A stretch of DNA of 64,000 nucleotides, from assembly GCF_036588685.1 (NCBI RefSeq), contig NC_086379.1:76694001-76758000 (forward strand). Direction: 5' to 3'. Source of the DNA: Mytilus trossulus. Lineage: Eukaryota. The notes under the pieces are model-generated. The model searched no databases. It was not told the DNA's origin and worked only from the letters and a program-made list of their open reading frames with translations. Numbering within the stretch: the stretch's first letter is position 1; every line of letters begins with the position of its first letter. Shown piece after piece: positions 39,550 through 51,600 of this stretch. Position numbers and translations under genes: made by a program.

Positions 39550-42500
39550 TCAAGTTTGAAACAATTCCAGTAATTCACTATGTCCAAAATCTCTAGCTAT
39601 ATCCACAGCGGTAAGGTCTCCCATCTTTAAACTGAGGTCTGCATTTGCCAGAATTAACAGCTTAACTACATCCTTGTGACCTAAAACATAAATATTGTAA
39701 CTTTTAAAGAAGATCTCCGAAAAAATGTTTCATATACAATGTTTATACATGTATGTCTACATTATTTTATAAAGTAATACATATAAAAATATTCAATGGT
39801 TTCATTTTAAGCACCCCTTATGTCTAACTTCTTACAAATACACAGTAACTTACTCATTTAAACGACTAAATGATCTTTAATGTGAAGTTAAAAATTATAC
39901 ATGATAAGTCTATGAATAACAAAACAAAGAGTAATAGCTAGTAATTCGTGGTCAAATAATGGTCATGCATAAATGTACATTTACTTTATAAAAAAAAATC
40001 ATTCAATATGAAAATTTATCAAATTACAAAACCTGACTTTTATCTTGTCTATTTAAGGAATGACTGTAATATTTTTCTGTCTATGAAGAAAAAACTTAAA
40101 AAATTTGGTGCACACTGAATAACGCACGTAGCGGGTTATTTAACAGTGTGCACCACATTTTTAGCTCACCAGGCCCGAAGGGCCAAGTGAGCTTTTCTCA
40201 TCACTTGGCGTCTGTCGTCGTCCGTCGTCCAGCGTTAACTTTTACAAAAATCTTCTCCTCTAAAACTACTTGGCCAAATTCAACCAAACTTGGCCACAAT
40301 CATCATTGATGTATCTAGTTAAAAGTTTGTGTTTTTTAATCCGGCCAACCATCCAAGACGGCCGCCATGGCTAAAAAAAGAACATAGGGGTAAAATGCAG
40401 TTTTTGGCTTATAACTCAAAAACCAAAGCATTACGAGCAAATCTGACATGGGGTAAAATTGTTTATCAGGTCAAGATCTATCTGCCCTAAAATTTTCAGA
40501 TGAATCAGACAACCCATTGTTGGGTTGCTGCCCCTAAATTGGTAATTTTAAGGAAATTTTACTGTTTTTGGTTATTATCTTGAATATAATTATAGATGGA
40601 GATAAATTGTAAACAGCAATAATGTTCAGCAAACTAAGATTTACAAATAAGTCAACATGACCAAAATGGTTAGTTGACCCCTTTAGGAGTTATTGCCCTT
40701 TATAGTCAATTTTTAACCATTTTTCGTAAATATCAATGATCTTTTACAAAAATCTTCTCCTCTGAAACTACTGGGCCAAATTAATCCAAACTTGGCCACA
40801 ATCATCATTGATGTATGTATTTTAAAGTTTGTGTTTTTTAACCCGGCCAACCAACCAAGATGGCCGCCATGGCTAAAAATAGAACAAAGGGGTAAAATGC
40901 AGTTTTTGGCTTATAACTCAAAAACCAAAGCATTTAGAGCAAATCTGACATGGGGTTAAATTGTTTATCAGGTCAAGATCTATCTGCCCTGAAATTTTCA
41001 GATGAATCAGACAAACCATTGTTGGGTTGCTGCCCCTAAATTGGTAATTTTAAGGAAATTTTACTGTTTTTGGTTATTATCTTGAATATTATTATAGATG
41101 GAGATAAATTGTAAACAGCAATAATGTTCAGCAAAGTAAGATTTACAAATAAGTCAACATGACCAAAATGGTCAGTTGACCCCTTTAGGAGTTATTGCCC
41201 TTTATAGTCAATTTTTAACCATTTTACGTAAATCTTAGTAATCTTTTACAAAAATCTTCTCCTCTGAAACTACTGGGCCAAATTAATTCAAACTTGGCCA
41301 CAATCATCATTGATGTATCTAGTCTAAAGTTTGTGTTTTTTTACCGGGCCAACCATCTAAGATGGCCGCCATGGCTAAAAATATAACATAGGGGTAAAAT
41401 GCAGTTTTTGGCTTATAACTCAAAAACCAAAACATTTAGAGCAAATTTGACAAAGGTAAAATTGTTTATCAGGTCAAGATCTATCTGCCCTGAAATTTTA
41501 AGATGAATGGGACAACTCGTTGTTAGAGTGCTGCCCCTAAATTGGTAATTTTAAGGAAATTTTGCTGTTTTGGGTTATTATCTTGAATATTATTATAGAT
41601 AGAGATAAACTGTAAACAGCAATAATGTACAGCAATTTAAGACTCAAAAATAAGTCAAAATGACCAAAATGTTTAATTGACCCCCTAAGAAGTTATTGTC
41701 CTTTATAATCAATTTTTAACAATTTTCATAAAATTTGTAAATTTTTACTAACATTTTCCACTGAAACTACACGGACAAGTTCATTATAGATAGAGATAAT
41801 TGTAAGCAGCAAGAATTTTCAGTAAAGTAAGATGTACAAACACATCACAATCACCTAAACACAATTTTGTCATGAACTGTCTGCTTCCTTTGTTTAATTC
41901 ACATATACCTAGGTGAGCGACACAGGCTCTTTAGAGCCTCTAGTTTTATGTTATTCGAATAGACAGAAAAAATATTACAGTCATGTCTTATAATTTTATT
42001 CTAAATTCCTTTTTAAACCGTAGAAAACCATGAAAAAACGTTGATGACGTCACAGTCACATGACTAAATTATGTCTATGGGCTCATAACAAAATAATGTC
42101 AACCAATCAGAAGACACGTTACATCCAAAATTAAATTGTATAGATATCATCATATAAATCAAGGTATAAGATAACCATCAAGATACATGTAGATGAACGA
42201 AGTGAAATACAATGTTTATGGGCAGAATCAATTTGCGCCAATTGCAGTTTTGAAAAGGTATTAACTGCGCCACTCTCTTTTAATTTGATGGTATTAATTG
42301 CGCCAATAAATGAAATGAAATTGCGCCACATTTACCTGTTAATTTTTTTTACCTATATCATACCTGTACATGTTTTACCTATATCAAGACAAGACAAGAC
42401 AAGACAAATACCTTATGAAAGTCTCACCACTTGTTACATATAAAATATACAGCTTTTTAAAACACAAGATAACAACAAGAACCACTCTATAAAGAGTTTT

Positions 42501-45029
42501 CAGAGGCTATAAAACATTTGTTCTTAAAATTATAATACAAATACAAAAAGACAACTATCACAAGAATAAAATACATTTTCCTTTACGAAATTTCACAGCA
42601 GAATTTTGTAGTAAAAATACGACATTTGTATTTGTAAAAAAGAAATATTATTATTACCTTATCAGTCTCTAGAAATAAGAACGAGAAATTTTGCGATCTG
42701 CTTCCAGCTTAACTTAAAAAAATCAAGCAGAATTTTAGAATATTGGATGTTGTTGTTGTTACAAACAAATATGATGACTTTGTATTGTGCAACAATCCAC
42801 AAAGGGGAATAATTTTATAAGGATGCGAGGCTATTTTCTGTGTACAATGTCAGAGGAATATTTTGCTGATGGAACCTAGTCAATCATTTAGTTGTTAAAT
42901 AAAACTCAATAAAATTGGTGCAATTAGAGGATTATTTTGTTGGCGCAAATGATACCTATAGTTTTGAAAATTAGGTGGCGCAAAAGAAGTATTGGCGCAA
43001 TTAAGTTGTGGCGCAAATGAGTTACTTGTTGGCGCAAAAAGATATCGCCCATGTATATAGTATTCAGAAATTTTCTCAGGGTAATCATACATTACATTAG
43101 ACACTAATCATCAGAAACACAATAATAAACCAACCATGCATAACAGCCAGGTGTATTGCAGTAGCATTTTCACACTGTGGGTTTGTAATGTTGACATTGA
43201 TATCAGGACTTTTGACCAGTATTGTGACCATTTCTGTGTTGCCATTGTTAGCTGCTGCATGGAGTGGACTGTTTCCTGTATCAGCTGCTTGGTTCACATT
43301 GATTTTTGGGTTCACCTGAAAATAAAGAAACATTTCATGTTGGAATTATATTTTAGCTCTTAAAATCAAATGCTTTAATTTTTCAAAATATGCATGTACA
43401 TGCATGACAAGTATCATGCATACATAAGAGTAATAGTTTGTGCAACTATAATAGCAAAAGATTTATATGAAAAAGATATCATATTTAACATTACAAATAG
43501 ATTTCGTCAGTGTCAGTAAAGTTAAATTCGTTCTCATTTTTATTATAAAATGTATCAGGAAATCTAATGTTCGGTAGTTGTAGGTTGTTGATGTGGTTCA
43601 TAAGTGTTGTTCTTGTTTCTTGTTTTTTTTTAAAAATTTTAATGGTCTCAAACTAGTAATTTTTGGGCCCTTTATAGCTTGGTGTTCAGTGTGAGACAAG
43701 GCTCAATGTTGAAGACTGTACTTTGACCTATAATGGTTTACTTAAATAAATTGGAACTTGGATGGAGAGTTGTCTCATTGAAACTCATACCACATCTTCG
43801 TACAGTTATCAGAAATGACCAAAATAGTTTTAATATAACCTTACCCTATTTATAAGGTATTGCAGAACATCAGGTTGATTGTGCATTACAGCAGTAAAGA
43901 TGGTTGTCCTGTCATGAGAATCTATGCTCTTTAGAGAAACATGGCCACTAACATTATAATAATGTACAACATCAACATAACCTAATCTAATAGCCTGAGA
44001 AAGTCTCACATGATGAATGTCTTCATTGTCCTGGTTACTGCTGTGTGATATTGGATTGCTGTGGTGAAGTCGGTCTATTAAATTACGGTAGAAGTTTACA
44101 ATAGCTGACCAACAGCTTACAATAGCAAATGAGCGAATGGCTAGTAGCCACTGTGCATACTGTTTATTTCTGGTTGAACACTTTACATCAGACAACATTT
44201 TCTTATATTCTTCTTTTTTACCAGAAGTAAGAACTCCAAGGTAGTCTAGAAATATGTGAGATCCCTTTGAACTGAGCAGCCTACCTGGGTACTCCCTGAA
44301 CACAGCTTTAGATAAATCTAGTACATCTCTGTAATTTATCTTTCTTTGCTCACGCCCCACAGTAAAAGCAAAAGAAAGTTCTTCAGTAAGAATTCCATTT
44401 TCTAATTCAAATATCTCCTGTTTCTCAACACCTGGGAAATCAGACAACCAAAAATGAGCAAAGCGAACAAAATTATCACCAATGTTACAGAAATTTGAAA
44501 GTTTTTCCACACTTTCATTGGCACGGCTTAACCATGCTGAAACCACTGTTGCATCCATATAACACATCATGTTGTCAAAGTTTGTTTGCTGAGGAGATTC
44601 TGAGACACCAATTGGTTGAGATGATGAATCTACATCAAAACTGGAGGATGGTCGCAAAGGTGGTAGTGGCATATGTTTTTGTGGCAAATCATGTCTATAC
44701 GGAACAGTATGTAAAGCCTTTTGCCTTTTCTTTCTTTTACGTTTTGGTTTCGAGTCACTTACTGACAAATCTAATGAAGTTGATAACGGTAATTCTAATG
44801 AATTGGACACTTCAGGTGGTGTTTCTCCATTAGTAACGCAACCAGAATCGGGAGAAAAACGTTTCCCTAATCCATTACGGCTATCACATGAATCTGTACT
44901 GCCTAAGGACAGACGATCAAAATCATTGGTCACATTATCGTCATCTGATATAAACTCTTCATCACTATCTCTTACTGTCAAACGAGACACACAAATTAAG
45001 TCACGTAAGTCCCTTACACCACGACTCAT
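39550..45029 (-). CDS. FAM220/SIPAR-domain protein with C-terminal ankyrin repeats, 498 aa, 3 coding exons
   Basis: Exons 45029-43845, 43315-43135 and 39680-39550 (GT-AG, phases 0 and 1); in-frame stop 4 codons upstream of the ATG. The segment YPGRLLS..IFLDYL..S..EYKKML..ST..LLAIRSF resembles the conserved C-terminus of human FAM220A as I recall it. Basic NLS-like KPKRKRKKRQK. Ankyrin motifs GNSPLHAAANNGN, TAIHLAVMHGH and TAVDIARDFGH. Confidence 0.85.
40161..41943 (+). mobile_element. Helentron-type non-autonomous element (HINE-like) with about 3.3 internal repeats of roughly 501 bp
   Basis: TT-AGCTCACC..GTGAGCT 5' inverted repeat and (CGTC)n microsatellite. Units start at 40240, 40741 and 41243. 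3' AGGTGAGC, hairpin AGGCTCT-TT-AGAGCCT, then CTAG-TT. Confidence 0.85.
42220..43050. mobile_element. TIR element with inverted sub-terminal TTGCGCCA repeats and AT flanks
   Basis: AT-GGGCAGAATCAATTTGCGCCA (four TGCGCCA copies) ... (multiple TGGCGCAA copies) TGGCGCAAAAAGATATCGCCC-AT. Confidence 0.7.
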
Positions 45030-45083
45030 TGTTTTTGATCACAGATATTAGCTAAAACTGGTTATTATTTTGATCCTACATTT

Positions 45084-45263
45084 TCAAGCAAAATCAATTT
45101 CTGCTTGGATTCTCATATCTGTAGCAAGTTGGAAACTTACAATCAAAACTGGTAAGCGAACTCTTGACTGCCAAGCTAGGTTGAAGAAAAATAGTAGAAT
45201 TGATGACAATTTACAGGAAAAAACTGTGTAACGTCCGAACAGGTACCGAATTATTTCACACAT
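45084..45263 (-). CDS. 59-aa upstream ORF, SMIM10 (DUF4560)-like small membrane protein, in the leader exon of the FAM220-ankyrin gene
   Basis: MCEIIRYLFGRYTVFSCKLSSILLFFFNLAWQSRVRLPVLIVSFQLATDMRIQAEIDFA*. It lies between the splice acceptor at 45301 (TTTTCTTTATTCTCATTCAG) and the main ATG at 45029. It shows ungapped similarity to the recalled SMIM10 pattern YxVFxxxLSxxLLxFFxLAWQxRxxxP. Confidence 0.8.
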   Translation of the reverse strand: MCEIIRYLFGRYTVFSCKLSSILLFFFNLAWQSRVRLPVLIVSFQLATDMRIQAEIDFA

Positions 45264-48200
45264 TAGTCACATGTCTTCATGTATCCAATTTCTTCTAAAT
45301 CTGAATGAGAATAAAGAAAACATTATCAACAGCTGACTTAAATGCTTAGCTACAATCCATCCAACATAGAATAGGACATTAAAAACAAGTTTACAAAGTT
45401 AAAATGGTTAAGTGGTGAGAAAAAGTTGTATTTCAATTAGGAATAAATGAGTAGGTAAGTATGCAAGGCTTTATAGTTTACAACTGGCTGCTTTTTGCAG
45501 TATAAACAATGATAACAGTTGAATATTTCAGGTGTGATTTTTTTTTAATTTTGATACAGTTACACACTTTTTGCACATCTCTATATTTATCTATTGGTCC
45601 CTGTAAAAGAGGAAGCTTGGGGAAACAATGAGATAGAAACAAAACAAATAAAACTGAAATGGGGGATGTGTCAAAGAGACAGCAACCAAACCAAAGAGAA
45701 AAAAAACCAAAGACCACTAATTGGTCTTCAACACAGCGATAAAATCCCACACCCAAAGGTGTTTCAGCTGTCCCTTAAACAAGAATGTGCTCAGTGATAT
45801 GGAGGCCATGCTTAGTAGCCTAACTACATGTACATGTTAACAAAACAAAATCTATATATACATGTATTGTAAGGAATGATGCATAAAAAATCTTTCTAGC
45901 AAAAAAGTATCAAAATTGCCTTTAAAGTTTCTGAATGATCAATTACCTGTTAATATGTTAGGATGCTAAGAATGTTCTATATGAAGAAGATTTCTGGTTT
46001 TTAACAATTAATGGTTCTGGTTAAAGTCCAAATGACTATGATTTCATGAAAGGCTATTATAACAGTGTATCCCAACCTCTGTCTGTCCGACAAAATGTTT
46101 GACAAAAAATCATTCAGTCTGACAGACAGAAATTTAAAAAATATTTGGGTTGAATATATAGTAGAAAAATCCAAATTTCTGTTTCGGTCAGAAAACCCTA
46201 TCTTAACAGTTTGGCACAGACTCAGACTGTTATACTTTTTTTCTTTGATGCCTTACAGTGACATGCTGTGTGGATATGCAGTAGAATGTGTCCCTGTGTC
46301 TGTGGCTATGCCATTATATTTTTACAGTTTGAGTTTTTTCTTGTGAGAGAGCTGTCTACATGTCGATGTAAGGTGTCAAAGAAAAATAGTATAATAGCCT
46401 TTCAAGACGTAATAATTATTTGGACTATAAATCTATAATAAACAAAAATGCAACCATTCAAGCATTCAATTTCAGAAAAGTCAACGAATGTTGTAAACTT
46501 GTTGCCTTTCATGGGATCACCTGAACTTAGCCACCACAATATTTGTATACCAGTATTGTCAACAGTACTCATATACAATGTATAATTAATGTTTGTAAGC
46601 ATTGTATACAAGTATTGTCCTAGTATCATGAGTATTGTTTATATAAAATTAAGAAGAATGTTACTATTACTGCTGCTGCATATATTCAAAAGTAATGTAT
46701 TTACTTGAAAAATATATATATTTCTTGAAACATTTATTCATTTTATAATAATGCATCTGAAAAATATAAATTATAGTTTATTTTGATATAAATGTTCTTT
46801 TTCATGATTAGGAGAAGTTTATAAGCCCAAGGATATTTTAATTGATGTTAAACAATTTCAGACAATTTCAGACTCTTTATCTACCATTTAGTTATCCCTT
46901 AATAGGACTGTTTGGCCACTGTGGGACTTTTCAGTACAAAAATGTATATTAACTATTTAGACTGGATACTGTTCAGTGATGTGGATACACAAGTTGTTGA
47001 ATGCATCTTATATATTCTTCCCCAATCATTCTTGTCACTTTCTTTCATCTAGATAGGAATCAAGTGCTTCACTTTAAACCCTTTTTACTATCTTTAATTT
47101 TCTGTTTTGTTTTGGCCCAGCAGGATTCAATAATATTATATTATGAATAAATTTAAACATGTTTCTTTGTACATGTTGTATAACATACTAAACAAATCCT
47201 TGATGAAAATGACAAACCCTATTGATTTTTTAGATTTTTTTTTTCAATAATACTTGTACAAATGTACATTAATAGGCTATTTGTCAATTCCTGTAATTGA
47301 CCCTATAATTAGAGATCCCTAATTTGGTTGTCTCCCTTGTGACGGACATAATTTTTTATTTACAATGGAGAGCTAGCAGACAGAGCAAATCTACCTGTGC
47401 ATAATGTGAGTAATCTATAAGGTTTTTAAATCTTTTAATTACATTAATTTGTTGTTTAGCTAAATACTTTTGACATCAGAAATTATTTTTCATGAAAAAT
47501 TAGTTAAACCGCCGATACATCACTTTCAATTCATCATGCTTTGCATTGGCAAAAGGGAATCTTATACAGTTTGGAACTAAACTGGCCCCCTGTTTTGTTC
47601 ACTTATCGCTACACTGACAACAGGTATGGCCTTAATCCTGTGGTCAGAATTCTGACCACAGGATTTCATAATTTGACGAGACTAGTGCACCATGTGCTAT
47701 GTTTATTATGTGTTATACTGATAGGAAATCAAACAAGAAATTAGCACATTTATAACCCTACTGAGTTCTTAAGGGAATAAAAGATACAGGCTCAGTATGT
47801 CAAGAACACGTTAAGATCTGTTTACACGCTCGTTGGTCATTTATTTGCGCTACCACCATGGGATTAATTAACAGATACTTATTTATTTTGCGGCATCACA
47901 GTATTAACATTTGAGGTCAATTTCCTATCACTATTATTGGTCAATTTTGTTAGCAATTCGTTGAATTTGTCAAACTTGTCCAATTAATGCCAATGTGACA
48001 ATGGCAATAACCCGTTCTTTCGGTGCAAAGCTATAGATAGAAGGGCGGACTAGTTTAGTATGGAACCAGTCTACGATTGACAAAGGGACGTAATTTTTTG
48101 AAAAAGTGTGTAATAATAGAATCAAATCAGTAATTAGCAAATGGACTATTATATACATTTGTACAAGTATATTGTTGACAATACTAATATACAAGTATTG

Positions 48201-48635
48201 TGTTCGCTAAGTTCAGTTGATCACTTTCATGTTATCATTTGCATTTTGCAATTAAAGTCCTTGAAACTCCATACAAAGAGTTTGTTAGCATATAGTGATT
48301 TCATATCCCCGACATAGCTGTGAAAGTGTGTAAAATACACACTTCGGAACTTCCCCCTTTCTTTCGATTGCAAATAGAGCAATTTCTTTATTTTTATGTT
48401 GGGGTTGGGCACTTCAGATAGTCATTTTTGATTGGTAAAAATACTATCATTATATAAATGCGTCATCATTAACATTTAAAAGTATCTTCACACTTATTTT
48501 GCTCGATTTACTAACTTTGGTTGTCATTCGTTAGACTGCAGTTTGTTATTTCTTCGGTGTCACAAAGACGCATTATACAGATAACCTACTTTCCGTTGTC
48601 CAGATCACGAAAACGTTTTACAAAGTGGGAGGAGG

Positions 48636-51600
48636 ATGGAAATAAAATTTGATGGAAAGAAAGCTTTAGTGACAGGGGCCGGGAAAGGTATCAATATATA
48701 TACATTTCACATAGCTCTAGACCACACTTTACTATATCTTTTCTCGCTGTTTGATGAAAGTTGCAAACGTGGTTTTATAAATCAGATATTGATGTATCTG
48801 AATACCCAAAAGACATGGAAAATGACTATTGGTCAAACGGTCATTTTTGGCTACTATTTTAGCTTTAATTTAGTTGAAATTTTACCAGAATTCCTCAAAC
48901 GGGTTAGATGATGAAATAATAAACATTAACATTATTTTTGGGTCTGAAGAATGGGTGTTTCATAACGAATAACGGTAAACATTATTTCCAAATAAAGTTA
49001 ATTCGTGATTTAACTTTTTTTTCATATAACTGTTTGTATTCACCACTTCTTATTTTTGTTCACATTTGTGCTGTGTTGATTTAAATTTTAATTATCATTA
49101 ACTAATTGATTAAAATATTTCAATGATTGTTAAATTATTTTCCTTCTTTAGGGAAAAAAAAAACAGAAAAAATAGCTACACTATGAAAAATTGTCCCTTA
49201 TGATATATTTTTATAAAACTTCCATGAAATTATGTCCAAGTACTAGGGACAACTTTTCACAACAGGAGACACTATTTTATAATTTACAAATGTGATGTTC
49301 TGTCCCTTGAACGAAATTTCACAGATGAACTGTGAAATATAGTTCAAGACACAATTTCATGGGACACTTTTTTGGCTTACACATCATGACATGTATGAAG
49401 ATAAAATGTACAATTTCTTCAAGACAAAAAAAAATCACACTTGTGTGTGTTTTCATAATATCGCAAAATGTTGCTATAATCATCAAAAAGTCATGTAATG
49501 GATACTATATATGCCCTTGAATTTTTACTACTGATAACATTTTTGTACGCTTTGGGGATTCCGTATATCGTCAGATTATCGGAATTCCAATGGGGACTAA
49601 CTGTGCACCACTTATTGCGGACCTCTTTTTGTATTGTTATGAGTTACAATTTATGACAAAAATAAGCAAAGACCCATCAAAACAACATCTGATAAACAAA
49701 TTTAATAATACTTTTAGATATTTGGATGATATTTCTGCTCTCAATAATGACGACTTCAGTATGTATATTAATGAAATTTATCCTGCTGAACTTACTTTAA
49801 ATAAAGCTAATACTAATAATGACCACTGCCCTTTCCTCGATCTTGATATCTATATCACTAACGGAAAGCTGAATACTAAAATTTATGATAAAAGGGATGA
49901 TTTTTCATTTCCTATCGTTAATTATCCGTTTTTAGATGGTGACGTTCCCTTGTCACCATCTTACGGTGTTTATATATCTCAACATGTACGATTCGCTCGT
50001 GTTTGTAACAATGTTTTAGATTTTAACGAGAAAAATTTATGTATTACTGAAAAATTATTACACCAGGGTTTTTCGATATCACAAACTAGTCAAAACTTTT
50101 ACTAAATTTTATCATCGGTATAAAGACATCATTCGTAAATATAGCTCAACATGCAGACTTTTTATACGTTCAGGTATTTCACATCCAATTTTTTATGGAA
50201 ATATTCTTTATAAAGCACAAAGGTGTCAGTATTCACCTCAGAAACTTACAAAACCTTTAAATAGACTGATTAAGAAGGGATATAATTATGATACTGTTGT
50301 CAAGTCATTAAAGATTGCATATTTTGGCGTTAATATTGAGTCACTGATAAGGTCTTTGCGTCGGAACTAAAGACATTTATTCTAAAAACAGTTGTTGGCA
50401 TGACACGGGTTATGTTCTTCTCATATATGTTATGATGGTATGATACTAAACCCCTAAAGGGAAGGATTGTGCCTGATGTTCATATGATGAAATCATAATC
50501 TTTCAGTCAGTTTAATTGAAGTCTGGAGCTGGCATGTCAGTTAACTGCTAGTAGTCTGTTGTAATTTATGTATTATTGTCATTTTGTTTATTTTCTTTGG
50601 TTACATCTTCTGACATCAGACTCGGACTTCTCTTGAACTGAATTTTAATGTGCGTATTGTTATGCGTTTATTTTTCTACAGTGGTTAGAGGTATAGGGGG
50701 AGGGTTGAGATCTCACAAACATGTTTAACCCCGCCGCATTTTTGCGCCTGTCCCAAGTCAGGAGCCTCTGGCCTTTGTTAGTCTTGTATTATTTTAATTT
50801 TAGTTTCTTGTGTACAATTTGGAAATTAGTATGGCGTTCATTATCACTGAACTAGTATTTATTTGTTTAGGGGCCAGCTGAAGGACGCCAACGGGTGCAG
50901 GAATTTCTCGCTACATTGAAGACCTGTTGGTGACCTTCTGCTGTTGTTTTTTATTTGGTCGGGTTGTTGTCTCTTTTTGACACATTCCCCATTTCCATTC
51001 TCAATTTTAATGATATTAGTACCAAAAATTTTAAAATACCAGAAATCAATCTCTAGATCTTTGATAAAATGTGCAAATTTTGAGAGTAGTAGGTAATTAA
51101 TGTGTAAGAATTTGCATTTTATTATAAAAATAAACATGTTTTAGCATATTTTTGGTTTTTTTTACAAAAAAAAAGAATACTTTTGTTTGAATCAATTTTT
51201 TCCAACATTGCCACATAAGGGGGAGGCAACTCAAATGTAGGGGTAGATAATTCAGATAAAGATCCTTTTTAAAATCGAATGTGTTATGAATTTACCTATT
51301 TAATTTTTTCTTTTTCTTATCTGAAAGCATAATATTAGAGCTATCTTTTCACATATCATCTCAAAACTCTATGTAGTGTAGTTTTTTCGTTTTATGGCAC
51401 ATAATTGGGTTTTCCATACAAAATTTATAATATCTGTCAATTTTGCACAACCCTTAGAGTGAAAAAAAGCCCTGTGACCCATCTTTATATGACCACAAAA
51501 ATGTTTTTGGGATCTTATTATGGTATGTTCTCTTTTTCGTCTGCCTTGTCAGTGTCGCCTGAAGACACATTTGTTTTTTTTTGGACAAAAACTTTACGCG

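Larger units (their letters stand above)
49500..51008 (+). mobile_element. 5'-truncated Penelope-like retroelement (Naiad-type: no C-terminal GIY-YIG) in DCXR intron 1
   Basis: [32 protein letters not shown] and SYGVYISQ are PLE-type RT motifs. After a 1-nt frameshift at about 50070 the frame continues to TAA at 50370 with no endonuclease. The 3' region carries SECIS and twister folds. The terminal 150 bp recurs inverted at about 19532-19667 and 45650-45800. Confidence 0.85.

Noticed and set aside
44495-45051. Plus-strand ORFs of 112 and 82 aa
   Set aside because: They are antisense shadows of the FAM220-ankyrin exon and have no recognisable motifs.
50470-50500. Hammerhead suggested by CTGATG..GAAA downstream of the PLE RT
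   Set aside because: The core reads CTGATGT and stems I and III cannot form. The segment is better explained as the 3' arm of the SECIS.
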